Shown here one piece after another: positions 48,637 through 59,915 of a DNA stretch of 64,000 nucleotides. Each line of letters starts with the position of its first letter. Position 1 is the stretch's first letter. The stretch is taken from the NCBI GenBank assembly GCA_043228905.1, contig JBHGNT010000007.1, forward strand, positions 8,060,001 through 8,124,000. The letters are read 5' to 3'. The notes beneath the pieces are model-generated. The model was not told the origin of the DNA and searched no databases. It was given only the letters and a program-made list of their open reading frames with translations. Both the position numbers and the translations under genes were made by a program. The DNA comes from Azolla caroliniana (taxonomy: Eukaryota > Plantae > Polypodiophyta).

Positions 48637-51600
48637 GTAGGCTGCTTCTTGCTACTCCAAGATATTGTTCCGCTGCCGAGGGAGAAAACAAATCTGGAGG
48701 TTGATCTTCTATTGGCTTTGTAGTCGGCCCAATCGGCGTCGGTGTACCCCTCGAATCGTATTGGCATTGCAGTCTTGTAGAGGATGCCGCAATCCATTGT
48801 GCCGCTCACATATCGCAGAACTCACTTAGCGCAATCCAAGTGAGTATCACCCGGTGTTTGCATGAATTGGCTAAGGAGACCGATCGGATAACTGAGATCG
48901 GGTCGAGTGATCGTGAGGTAGAGGAGACTCCCGATGAGTTGCCGATACTGAGTCGGCTCACACGCTTTGGTGCCGGAGTTCGCATCTAGTTTGAGATTAC
49001 GATCGAGCGGGGTTGCCACGGATTTGCACTCAGCCATCCCGAACTTGTATAACAAGTTGAGGATGTAGTGCCGTTGAGAGATCATGATTCCGGCCGGAGT
49101 CCGAATTACCTCGATGCCGAGGAAGTAGTGGAGCTCCTTCATGTCCATCATCTTGAACTTGTCGGAAAGGAGGGATTTGACCTTACTGATTTCGACGAGA
49201 TGCTCACCTCCAATGACTAGGTCATCCACATATAAAATGATGACGATCGGATTTGCGGAATCGCTTCGTATGTAGAGGGAGTTGTCCGATTTTGACATAC
49301 GGAAGCCGATTTGATGAAGATATTGCGTTATCTTCAAATGCCAAGCACGCGGTGCTTGCTTGAGGCCATAGAGTGGCTTCTTGAGTCGGCATACAGCTTT
49401 CGGATGGGTGCTCGAGTTGAAGCTGGGTGGTTGGATCATGTACACCTCCTCTTCTAATTCGCCTTGTAGAAAGGCGTTCTTGACGTCCATCTGATGGAGG
49501 TGCCACCCTTTCGCCGCGGCAATCGCAATTACGGTCCGCACCGTCGTCATCTTTGCCACCGGTGCAAAGGTTTCTTCGTAGTCGACGCCATGTGTCTGAG
49601 CGTATCCTTTCGCTACGAGTCGAGCTTTGTAGCGGTTGACGGAACCGTCCGCGTTGTACTTCACTTTGTAGATCCATCTGCATACGATCGCCTTTTTGTG
49701 GGAACGAGATCCCATGTCTCGTTCTTCCGTAGTGCCTGCATCTCCTCGGTCATTGCTTCGATCCATCGCGGGTCCTTCGCAGCTTCGGAAAAGGTTTCCG
49801 GCTCCCGTACTGTTGCTACCTTCATCATAAAGGCGTAATGGTGCGCCATATAATCATTGTAGCCGAATCGGCTTACGGGGTTCTTTTCCCGAGTGGATCG
49901 GCGGAGCTTTTCATTTGCAGAGATGAGGGCTTTCTTTGCTCCGATTGGTACCTTGAAACCGTCGAACTCACTGTCGAGTGAGTGAGTTGACTCATTGTCG
50001 GTGAAGCGATCGTCTTCGTATTCCGCCATTTTCGCCTTGCCTTTGTCCATCTTCGGGCTAGGCCGTGATGTGCTTTGATCGCTCAAAGGCTCTTGTGGTC
50101 CGCTCAGTCGGGTCGTGATCGTACTTTCTTCGAACATGCGCGTAAGATGATCTTCATCCTCTATCTCTTGTTCGGTGGATTCTGGGTCGAGCGGAGTCGG
50201 AGGCGAAGTTGTCTCTGGTGCGTACTAGGATGCGAACTCGTCAAAGACGACGTCTCGACTTACCCAAGATTTTCGAGTTGAGGGGTTGTAGCACTTGTAC
50301 CCCTTTTGCTCCAGTGAGTATCCTACGAGGATACATTTCTCCGACTTCGGGTCGAGCTTTTCACACTTCTCATCGGGGATGTGCACGTACGCAATGGAGC
50401 TGAATATCCGAACATGTGATAGGTTCGGCTTCTTTCCAAAGAATCTTTCGTGCGGAGTGACCTCGTGCACGTCAGATGTTGTGCACCGGTTCATTAGGTA
50501 GACAGCCATATTTGCCGCTTCAGCCCAATATGACTTGGGCATATGCTTCTCGTTCATCATGGCCCGCGCTACTTCGAGGATGTGCCGATTTTTGCGCTCG
50601 GTTACTCCGTTTTGTTGCGGAGTGTGTCGGCAAGTGAATTCTCGCCGAATTCCTTCCTTTCAGAGATACGCCGTGAAATCATCCGAGAAATACTCCTTGC
50701 CGCCATCCGATCGAAGGCATCGTACATGTCGGCCCATGGCTTTCTCGACTTCATTCTTGAGCTTTTGGAAGTGTCCGAACACTTCGCTCTTTTGCCGCAT
50801 CGGATAGATCCAAGTGTGCCTAGAAAAGTCGTCGATGAAGAGCACGTAATATCAGCATCCGCCGAATGTCGCCGTTTGGGCCAGTCCCCATACATCAGAA
50901 TGAATTACGTCGAGTACGCCTTTGCTCACATTCCGCTCCTTCGGGAATGGGTGTTAGTGTTGCTTGCCGAATTGGCACGCTTTGCATACACCTTCAATCT
51001 CCTTCTCTTTGAATGTCGGGAGTCCGATAACGACTCCTTTCGATCTCATTGCTTTGAGTTTGTTGAGATTGATGTGGCCGATTCGCTTATGCCATAGCTC
51101 TATGTCGGAGTCGGCTTTCGTGCTTTTCGCGAACATGGCGGATTTCATTTCGTGCGAATCGAGAATGAACATCCAGCCCTCTCTTCTTCCGCGTGCGATG
51201 ATCCGGCCTTCTTTTTCGATGAAGCACCCTTCTTGGTCGAATCGTACTTGCATCCCTTGCTCAACCATTTAGCTGACCGAGACCAAATTCTTTGTGATGG
51301 TGGGAACATGCAAGACATTTTTAATATATGTTTGCTTACCTCTTTCGTCGAACGGAACATTGCCGATGTGCCGAATCGGGTGCGTAGTGTCATCTCCGGT
51401 TTCGACATAACCGGGTCGCTCCGGCTCTCGAAGTTCGAGAAACCATTCTTTATGGGATGTCATATGGTTTCAGGCTCCGGAGTCTACAAACCATACTTCC
51501 TCCGGATTGAGGGCACTAGTTGAGGTAGAGGCCGACATAGAGTTTGCTCTATGTTTCATCATGAACATTCCGCCACGGTCGGAGTTCCATGCATACATTC

Positions 51601-52800
51601 CGCCACGATCTTTGTAGTCGGAGTTGTTCCCGTACATTCCGCCTTTGTAGTCGGAGTTGTTCCCGTACATTCCGCTATACTCTTCGTAGTCAGAATTGTG
51701 TGCGTAATTTGTGAGTTGTCGGCTTGTGGAAGTCGATTCACGCATCTTCTTTCGGCACTCTTCTTCGTGGTGGCCGAGCTTTCCACAATATCCGCATTCG
51801 GTTGCATTTTGACGGCTCGGGCCGGATTGGAAGCTCCCCCTTCTTGCGAAGGTTCCTCGTTGGCCTCCGTTTTGCAGCCGAAATTGGGAGTTGTTGTTGT
51901 AGGTCGGACCTCGTCCACCTTGTCCTTGGCCGAATCGGCCTCTCGCTCGTCCGCGTCCTCTTCCTCCATTAGAGTGCGTGTAGAGCATGTGGCCTTCCGA
52001 CTCATTGCTCCTTGTACGCACGTGGTTTTCTTCGACCAATAGCATTGATTGGAGCTCGAAGAAGGATGGAGATTTCTCCCGTGCTAGAACGGCGGTTCGC
52101 ATCGCGCCGAACCGTGGTGCGAGGCCGCCGAGGCATATTTGCACCATCTCATCATCATCTATACTTACGCTTATTGAGCTGAGCGAGTCGCAAAGCTCCT
52201 TGATCTTCAAGGTGTATGTCGTGATGGACATGTCCCTTTGTTGAATGTTGTTCAACTCTTGGCGGAGTTGAAGCTTCCTCGCGATCGTGTTGGCGGCGAA
52301 AATCTTTCGTAGATTTTCCCACGCTTCCTTCGGCATCTTGGCTTCACGAATGTAGCCGAGCATGTGATCATGAACACATGTCGCCAAGCAATACATCACG
52401 CGGCTTGCGGCTTGCTCCCATGTCACGTATCCAGGAGCCGCTTCGGCGGGTCGGTCTTCATGTGCTCCTTTGATGTAGCTCCAATAGCCTTGTCCGACAA
52501 GGTATTGGTGCATCTTGTACTCCTAAGATGCGAAGTTGTTTCGATCCAACTTCTCGGTAGGGAGAGCGCTCCCCATTTGAGTATTCATTATGTCGATTCT
52601 TCTTCTTTTTCTCTCTTCGAATGCGAGCTATGTAGCGAAGCTACGATAGCGATGAGCCAGTTCTTGGTCGTCAGCGTGGAGCACAACACACGATCACGAT
52701 GAGGCGAATGGGCTAGATCGAGCTACCAAATCACTCTGATACCATGTAAAGAATCAAGAGATGGATTCTTGTGAAGCGGAATAGGTGTGAACTGTGTGTG

Positions 52801-52834
<34 letters not shown>

Positions 52835-53134
52835 AGTAATACACAGAGAATACGCAAGGTAAAGTATATTTGCAAAGGAGAAAGACTCAACTCTATACAA
52901 GGTGGGAGGAGGGTGCTTTATGTAGTCACCCTCTCTCTTCATTAACTACAAAGCTCATGGAGCATGGGGAATGTGAAAGCTCATAAGTTATGTGTCATAG
53001 AATATGATTCTATGACTCATACTAAATGCTAGAATACACAGTGGTGACATAATGGTGACTCTTGACCGTTGGAGTGTCTCTTCACTCTCAAGGTGAGTTC
53101 ACACACTAGACCAAGTTGAGCTTGATTCTCAACA
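48637..53134 (-). mobile_element. Copia C4, 3'-deleted, inserted in the G-B protease active-site region
   Basis: 5' LTR 52745-53134, PBS ends 52744. Gag, PR, IN and RT remnants run up to WSSKKQPT. Host ALI|...EINLMSKEF flanks it. Confidence 0.92.
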
Positions 53135-55412
53135 CAATCAATGCTAGCACCGGCTCTTTGATGTTACCGATTTGGACTGGAGTCTCCGTAGTTGCGCGTG
53201 CCCAGTGTGGCTTTGTGTAGTGAGAATTCGGTATTTCGTCCTCCAATTCGGTGTCATTCATTAGAACAGTATTTGCATTCACCCTGGGAGCGTTCTCCTC
53301 CGTACTTTGCCTTTTTCTCTTCACGAGATCCACAAGAAGATCGTGGAACTCCTTCGTTATTCCGAGTAATTCTCGAAGCGAAAAATCTACCCGGCTATCG
53401 AGGATTCTCTCCTCGAACACCTTTTTCAAGTCCGTTTGTTGTTCGATGTCCAAGGCGAGCTTGAATGCTGGAATCATCTTTTCTTTTCTTTTCCAGCTTT
53501 CCAGTGTCTTCGATGGACCGGCCTCCTCATCCGTGCGCCGTCGCTTCTCATCTACATACACTTCATGCAATTCGCATAAAGCAAACACGCTATTCTTATC
53601 GACGGGGCACTCCCCTCCCGTAGCTTCCCGAATGCCTTCTGCGGTGCTTCGGATCTCATTAGAGTCGGTTTTCTCGGTGTTTTCTAGCACTTCCGGCCAA
53701 AAAGACACCGTTGCTCCCGATGACTCCCCGACACGTATTCCCGTGGTTGTCGCGTAATTGTTCTTCGCCGCTATTTCCTCCTCTAGGACCTTCTTTATGC
53801 CGCCTTTTCGGAAGTTCGGTCGGAGCGACTTCCGAGAGTCCATCGAATGAGTCCGATTTCCCTCGTAGTAGATAAGATCCTGTCGTAGCGCTTCCTTGTG
53901 CTCGTCGCAATCCCTCCGATCATGTTCGGTGCTATCGCACCATATGCATCGACGATCCATATACTTGGAACTTGTGGGACGGTCATCCGACTTCTTCACC
54001 ATCGCAATTTTTAGATTCTCCATCTCCTTCAGCAACTGCTCCACCGTAGTTGCGTCGATTCCCTTCTCAGTCGTAGCTTCCCGAGCCCGCGGTTGATGGT
54101 CTTCCAAACCGGATCTCGGTTTCGGAATCGGTTCCGAAACCCTCTTTTCTTCATTGGCAAGCCATTGCCCCCTCTTTGTATATCGCGCGACGATATCCCG
54201 CACGCTTTCCCATGTTTCGGTGAGGCCACTCTCGGTAGTCTTGTTCTCTAGAAGCACTCCAAGATCCTTCCGGTCTCGGACGTCTACGGCTCGTAAGAAC
54301 ATGATAACTTTGTCCGGTGCGAGGATAGCTTGATCTCTCGCAAACAACCTCCCGAACTGACTTTCGAATGCCGAAAACACATCGAGGACCTTCATACCCT
54401 TGTCCGGCGTTTCCACCCAATCCTCGAATCCTCTCCGCGTTGCCTTGGAGGAGTCCTCGATAGCGAACGTGGTCTTTAGCGCCTCTTCAAACGCTTCCCA
54501 TGTCGGATTTTGTTGTCGTAGCCCGTGGATACTTGCTTGAAGCCCGTCGGTAGCCACCCGGTTGAAGGATGCCACTTGCAGTCCTTCCGAAATCCCACAC
54601 CGTAGCATTTCTGCCTTGTAGTCCCGAAGATAGCGCAATACGTCCTTCCCGTTGAATTGCCCGATCCGTTGCACGAGCCGCTCTACTGTCGCCGCTATCT
54701 CCGACATCGCACGTTGTTCTTGAAGCATCCGCTCGAACATCATCATCATGTTGTTAGCCTCCGGTTGATTCTCCATCTCCTTGCCACCCGTGTTCACGTC
54801 GGGTTCACCACTTGTGTCGTGCCTTTCGGCTCCGGATCGTTGCGTGAGTCGGGTGGGAACCGCTGGGGTTTTGGACTAAGAGGAAAGAAATTTCTAAGTC
54901 AATTAAGAATATGAAATATATTGTAAGAAAGAAAAATATGAAAACTTCGTGAATCCCACGAGTATAGTGTATTAGTGAGTAATCAAATTAAGAGAGAATA
55001 GTTAGCAAATTCGTGAATCCCACAATTATCTTATATTAATCAACCCTTGTAAAATAATCAACAACCTCTATACATCTTTCTCTCTTCCTTATATAGTGTT
55101 GAAAGAGTCTCAGTTTATCACATGCAAGCATCATACTTTTTCTATCTTTAGTTTTCATGTACACTGCATGTGCATGATTAGCTTTATATCTCATCTTTTC
55201 TTTTTAACTCGAGTGTCTATGCATGAATAACTTTTGTACCATGCATGTCTAGAAATTTTACATGGAATAAAGTTTAGTATAACTTTAAAATTCATAATAC
55301 CCTACTATAATGATAAGGCTTAACATTATTAACATGGAGGTGCAAGGTTCGAATCTTTCCCTATGCATGTTATATATATATTTTTTATACTTTCTTCTAT
55401 TTACAAATACGT

Positions 55413-56280
55413 TGTCGTGCCTTTCGGCTCCGGATCGTTGCGTGAGTCGGGTGGGAACCGCCGAGGTTTTGGACTAGGAGGAGGAAGAATTTGAGGCTAA
55501 TCTAGTTATGAATATGAATAGATTATAAGAAAGAGATATAGAAACTTGTGAATCCCACAAGTATAATTGTTTTAGTTTATCTAAATCGTAGTAATAAATT
55601 GAAATAATTTAGAATAGATTAGAGTAGATTGAGAAAAGAGATCAAACCTTGTGAATCCCACAAGTATTACATTAATCAATATTTATGTAAGAATATGAAT
55701 TTAGATTGAAAGAGATAGATTATCTTAAACTTCGTGAATCCCACGAGTATATTTTATTGATTGTTGGTGTTTTAGGAAATATATCCAATTTCCCAAATAT
55801 TTTTCACACTATTACATTGTGCTCCCCATCCTTATGTAGTGATGGGAGAGACTAAGCATAGCTACATGCTTTTTTTTTTTAATATGTTCATGCACACTAA
55901 ATATGCATGTGATGCTTTTCTAATCCTTGCTTTTATTTGCTAAATATAGTGCTCATGCACGCTAGATGTGCACGAGTCACTTTTTAGTTGCTTGCGTTTT
56001 TTCTATAAAATATTCACACACTCTAAAAATGCACGATTTACCTTTTAATAAAGGTAGGTGCAAATAAAGCACTTATAGTTATTAAATCTATTTGTAGAAC
56101 ACTAAAGATAAGGTAGCATAATGGTAAAGTTGAGGTTTGGTTACGTGGAGGTACAGGGTTCGAATCCTGCCCTATGCACGTGATAAATATTTTGATATTC
56201 TTATTTTATTTATTTATATGTAATTAAATCATTTATATTATTTTTACTTTTTCACGTAGTGTACGAAATACACTACGACA
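55413..56280 (-). mobile_element. Solo LTR of a G-B sister family, inserted in the G-B 5' LTR
   Basis: TGTCG...CGACA with the same termini as G-B but a different interior. TSD ACGT (55409-12, 56281-84). Confidence 0.92.
56113..56170 (+). promoter_or_regulatory. tRNA-like A/B-box module in the solo LTR
   Basis: Consensus A box TAGCATAATGG, 32 nt, then consensus B box GGTTCGAATCC. Confidence 0.72.
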
Positions 56281-58405
56281 ACGTATCTTCATCCGGTGAG
56301 ATACTCTCACCGGCCTTCTTCATCCGGCTCTTTCCGGTTCTGCTTCATCCAGTGCTTGATAGTTTTCTTTGTCCGGTTCTTACCGGGACCTCCTTACCAA
56401 TCTCTTCGTCTGTTTCTCACCGACTCTCACCGGCCTTCTTCATCCGGATCTTGCCGGGTCTCCTTGCCGGTTTCGGTCCTTACCGGTTCTCACCGGGTAC
56501 CATGTCCTATCCGAAGAGACCAAAAATGTAATTTTTCACGTAGTGTACGAATTACACTACGACAATGTCGAGCTTGTTATGGCTACGGTTTTGTTTGGCG
56601 GGGAATGGAAGCCGATGTTGCTTCCCGAGTTGGCAGGCTTCACATACTTGGGCCTTCCGCCCACTAAACTTCGGCAAACCGAAAACAACTTGTTTCGTTT
56701 GCAAGTCTTGAAGCCGCCAGTAATTGACGTGGCTAATCCGCTTGTGCCACAGGTCGATGTCCGATTCGACCTTCTGTCCTTTGGCGAACAAGGCGGTGCC
56801 AACGTCATTAGTGTCGAGGATGAACATCCTCCCATCTCTGCACCCTTGCGCGATAATCTGGCCCTCCTCCTCGATGAAGCACCTGAGGTGCGTAAACTGC
56901 ACCTGCATTCCGTGGTCGACGATATGTCCGACCGACACCAGGTTCTTCGTGATAGTCGGAACGTGTAACACGTTCATCAGCTTCCCCCTCTGTCCGACGT
57001 GGCTCAGGGGAACTTCTTCGACATGCACGATTGGGTGAGGAATGTCGTCTCCGGTTTCTCCAACTCCCGGTTGTTCCGGTTTCTCCAAGAAGGAGAACCA
57101 CTCTTTGTGGCTCGTCATGTGATTTGATGCACCAAAATCAACGTACCACACTTCCTCCGATTTGGAAGTGGTCTTCTTCATCGAGTTTGCCTCGTGCTTC
57201 TTACCGGGTCCGGATCCTTCGGTGTAGTGCGATCACTGCCATTTTCCTTTGTCGATATGTCCGGAACTAGATCCGGAGCCGGTCCTCTCCAACTTGACGC
57301 GCTTTTTCCAGCACTCACTCTCCCTGTGGCCTTTCTTGCCACAGTACCAGCATTCCGTGGCGGGTTTCCTCTCCAAACCGAAATTGCTGTCGGCACCATT
57401 TCGGGGTCCTCCTTCCTTGATCTCGTCGGTCGCCTCCATTGCGCACCGACTCACCTCGTCCTCCACGGGGCCTATCTCCCTCCATGTACAGCATCTTGTT
57501 GTCGGTGTACGTGCTCGTTGACGCACCCGCGTGATTCTCCTCTACCAGGAGCATCGACTGTAAGTCGAATAAGGAGTCGCATACGTCCTTGATCTTCGAG
57601 GTATAGTCAGCCACTGACAAATCGCGTTGTCGTAGGTTGCTCAACTCCTTTTGGAGCAGAAGCTTCCTGGTTGTGGTGCTCGCGGTGTAGATTTTCCCAC
57701 GCACCCTTCGGCGTTTTTGCATCCCGAACGTAGCTTAATAGCTATTTGCCCACACAAGACGCGAAACAGTACAGTACTTTGCTCGCCGATTGTTCCCACG
57801 CCGGGAAGTCTTTGTGTGTCGATTCGGGTGTCGTGTCATTCGCTCCTTCGACATAGCTCCAGTAATCGTGCCCAAGCAGGTACTGGTGCATCTTGTAGGA
57901 CCAAGATGCGTAGTTGGTTCTGTCGAGCTTCTCCGTTGGAAGTGAGCTAGCCATTCCTTTGTCCATCGGTTTTCTTGTTCTTCTTCGTTAGTTTTTCCTT
58001 CAAGCAATGTCAACTACAGAGATTCTCAACCCTCGCGCTCTGATACCATGAAAAGAATGGCGTGCGGAAGCAATATAGGAAACCGAACAACAGAAAACGC
58101 AGGTTTAATGGAAAGCTTAGGTTTGCACAGTATGCACGGGAGAGAGAGAGTAAAAAACCAAAACACTATTCAAAAATAATACTCAATCTGTGTATCGTGT
58201 GTGTTCAATGAACACTTTTATACAAGTCCTTTTCGGACTGACAGTACTTCAATGTTCATTAAGGAGCCCCTACACTAACTCCCAAATATATTCCTTGTGG
58301 AATATCTTTCTGATGGCCTCCCGGTTTCTGCACCAATCCGGCCTTCCTACGCACCGGTCTGCGTACCAATACTGATCCGGCCGATGTTGAGCTTGTCTCT
58401 CAACA

Positions 58406-59330
58406 GTTAGGAAATGTCCCTCCTATGGACAGTATACAGAAGATCCAAGTCAAGGACAAGACCAACTAGTCGGGCCAACTGGATGGTTGACGACAACACC
58501 GACCAGACAATCGATATAAGAGTCAGCTAGTCGAATTGACCAGTCGATTGATTGATTGATATTGTTATCAATATAATGATAGATAACATGTTTGGTTCTC
58601 CAGAAAATATTCATAAAAGAAGGATGAAGCTTCTTCACTTATGGAGGAAGGTGCCTCTCTTTGTAATGACAAACCAAAGACCTCAATGGAATTATCATCT
58701 TCCATGGACCCTTTCTTGATGTAAAATCAACACGTTAATGTATCATTTAAGGCTCAACAACCCTATATAAGTTGTTTTTGTACGTACAAGTTTAGGTGTA
58801 CATAAATTACGTTGTAAGCCTACGAGCAAATAACTTTTACTTGTACTTTCTCGATGGTTTAATACTATTGAAGAAAATCTTTCAATGAAAAAAAAGTATA
58901 ATGATAGTAGTATGGACTACATTTGTAAATAGCTCATACAATGTATAAGTATAAATACACATAGGGCAAAACATAGTTTGATGAAACAGTGTGTGGGCAG
59001 AACAGATAGAGTTGTTGTGAGCCTCTGTTGTATATAGAGTGTGTGACAGGGAAGAGAGACTACGTGAGCGAGGGGGAACGATGCCAAAGCTGAGTGAGCT
59101 TAGACGTCAAGAGCCCTGCATGGCTGTTACACTCTACATTGAATGAGCGTGTTGTAATCTTGTATACCCACTGTATAGTGAAGATCTGTTCTCCTGTGGT
59201 TCTCCCCGTTTAGGGTTTCTATGTAAAAACTGTGTACCTTGTTCATTTTGCTATTTTTTGTTTTCCACGGTACTTACTGTGTATTTCCGATTCGATCTTA
59301 ATCTTCTGGAAAGAGGATCAAAACCTATCA
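58406..59330 (+). mobile_element. Old Tork/Tnt1-type copia LTR (probable solo LTR), host of C5
   Basis: TATA-like tatatag, gtggttctcccc..gggtttctatgtaaa motif (matches the reverse complement of C6 LTR 43288-43325), ends CCTATCA. Boundaries approximate. Confidence 0.55.
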
Positions 59331-59604
59331 CAAACCATACTACACATAGAAGGGTGAATTGTATGAGATCGTCCTTGGTACACAAATTGGTTTAAGTCCC
59401 CCAATGGTCCTACTCAACATTCTTGGTTGTGACACCATTTTAGATGCCTACTCGAATTTAGAAAACCATTAAATTGATAATTTTAATGTTTTAAACCATG
59501 TCCATGTGACAAGGTTTTTGGGGTAATGGGAGAGGCTGAGAGTCATTCCCGTTGCCTACTCGAACATGTTTTAATTCATGTATCAAAAGGTTTTATTGGG
59601 TAAA

Positions 59605-59915
59605 GGAGGCTGCGGTGGACAGTGGCGGCTCTAAGAGGGATGGATGGTCAGTCCCTCCACCGCCGAGAGAGGGGGGTGATCGCCGGCCTGGGACGCAGTG
59701 CGGTGGTAGTCCCTCCACCGCCGAGAGGGGGGGGGGGGGGGGGGGGGGGGGGTCATGATGATCGCTGGCTGCGCGGTGGACAGTGCGCTCGCTATGAACA
59801 AAAAAGTTTTTGGAGGGAGGCTGCGGTGGACAGTGGCGGCTCTGAGAGGATGGTCAGCAGGGGCGCAAGGGCAGCGTGGTCCCTCCACCGCCGAGAGAGG
59901 GGGGTGATCGCTGCT
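59605..59915. repeat. GC-rich duplicated block with a G26 run
   Basis: ggaggctgcggtggacagtggcggctct occurs twice and gtccctccaccgccgagag three times. Poly-G at 59727-59752. Confidence 0.85.

Larger units (their letters stand above)
43776..56564 (-). mobile_element. Complete Trp-lineage gypsy G-B with nested C4 and a solo LTR
   Basis: 3' LTR 43776-44666. 5' LTR 54815-56564 (split). TSD ATGT. PBS 54793-54810, PPT 44667-44680. Gag-PR 54797-48256, pol 48258-44723 with stops. About 20 LTR substitutions. Confidence 0.95.
43686..58405 (-). mobile_element. Copia C5, 5' part (LTR 58049-58405, PBS 58037-58048, gag-PR-IN start), split by G-B
   Basis: LPTEKLDRTNYASWSYKMHQYLLG, WYVDFGASNHM. LDI|IHSDVWG is restored across 56565/43775 after removing G-B and a 4-bp TSD. 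Confidence 0.9.
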
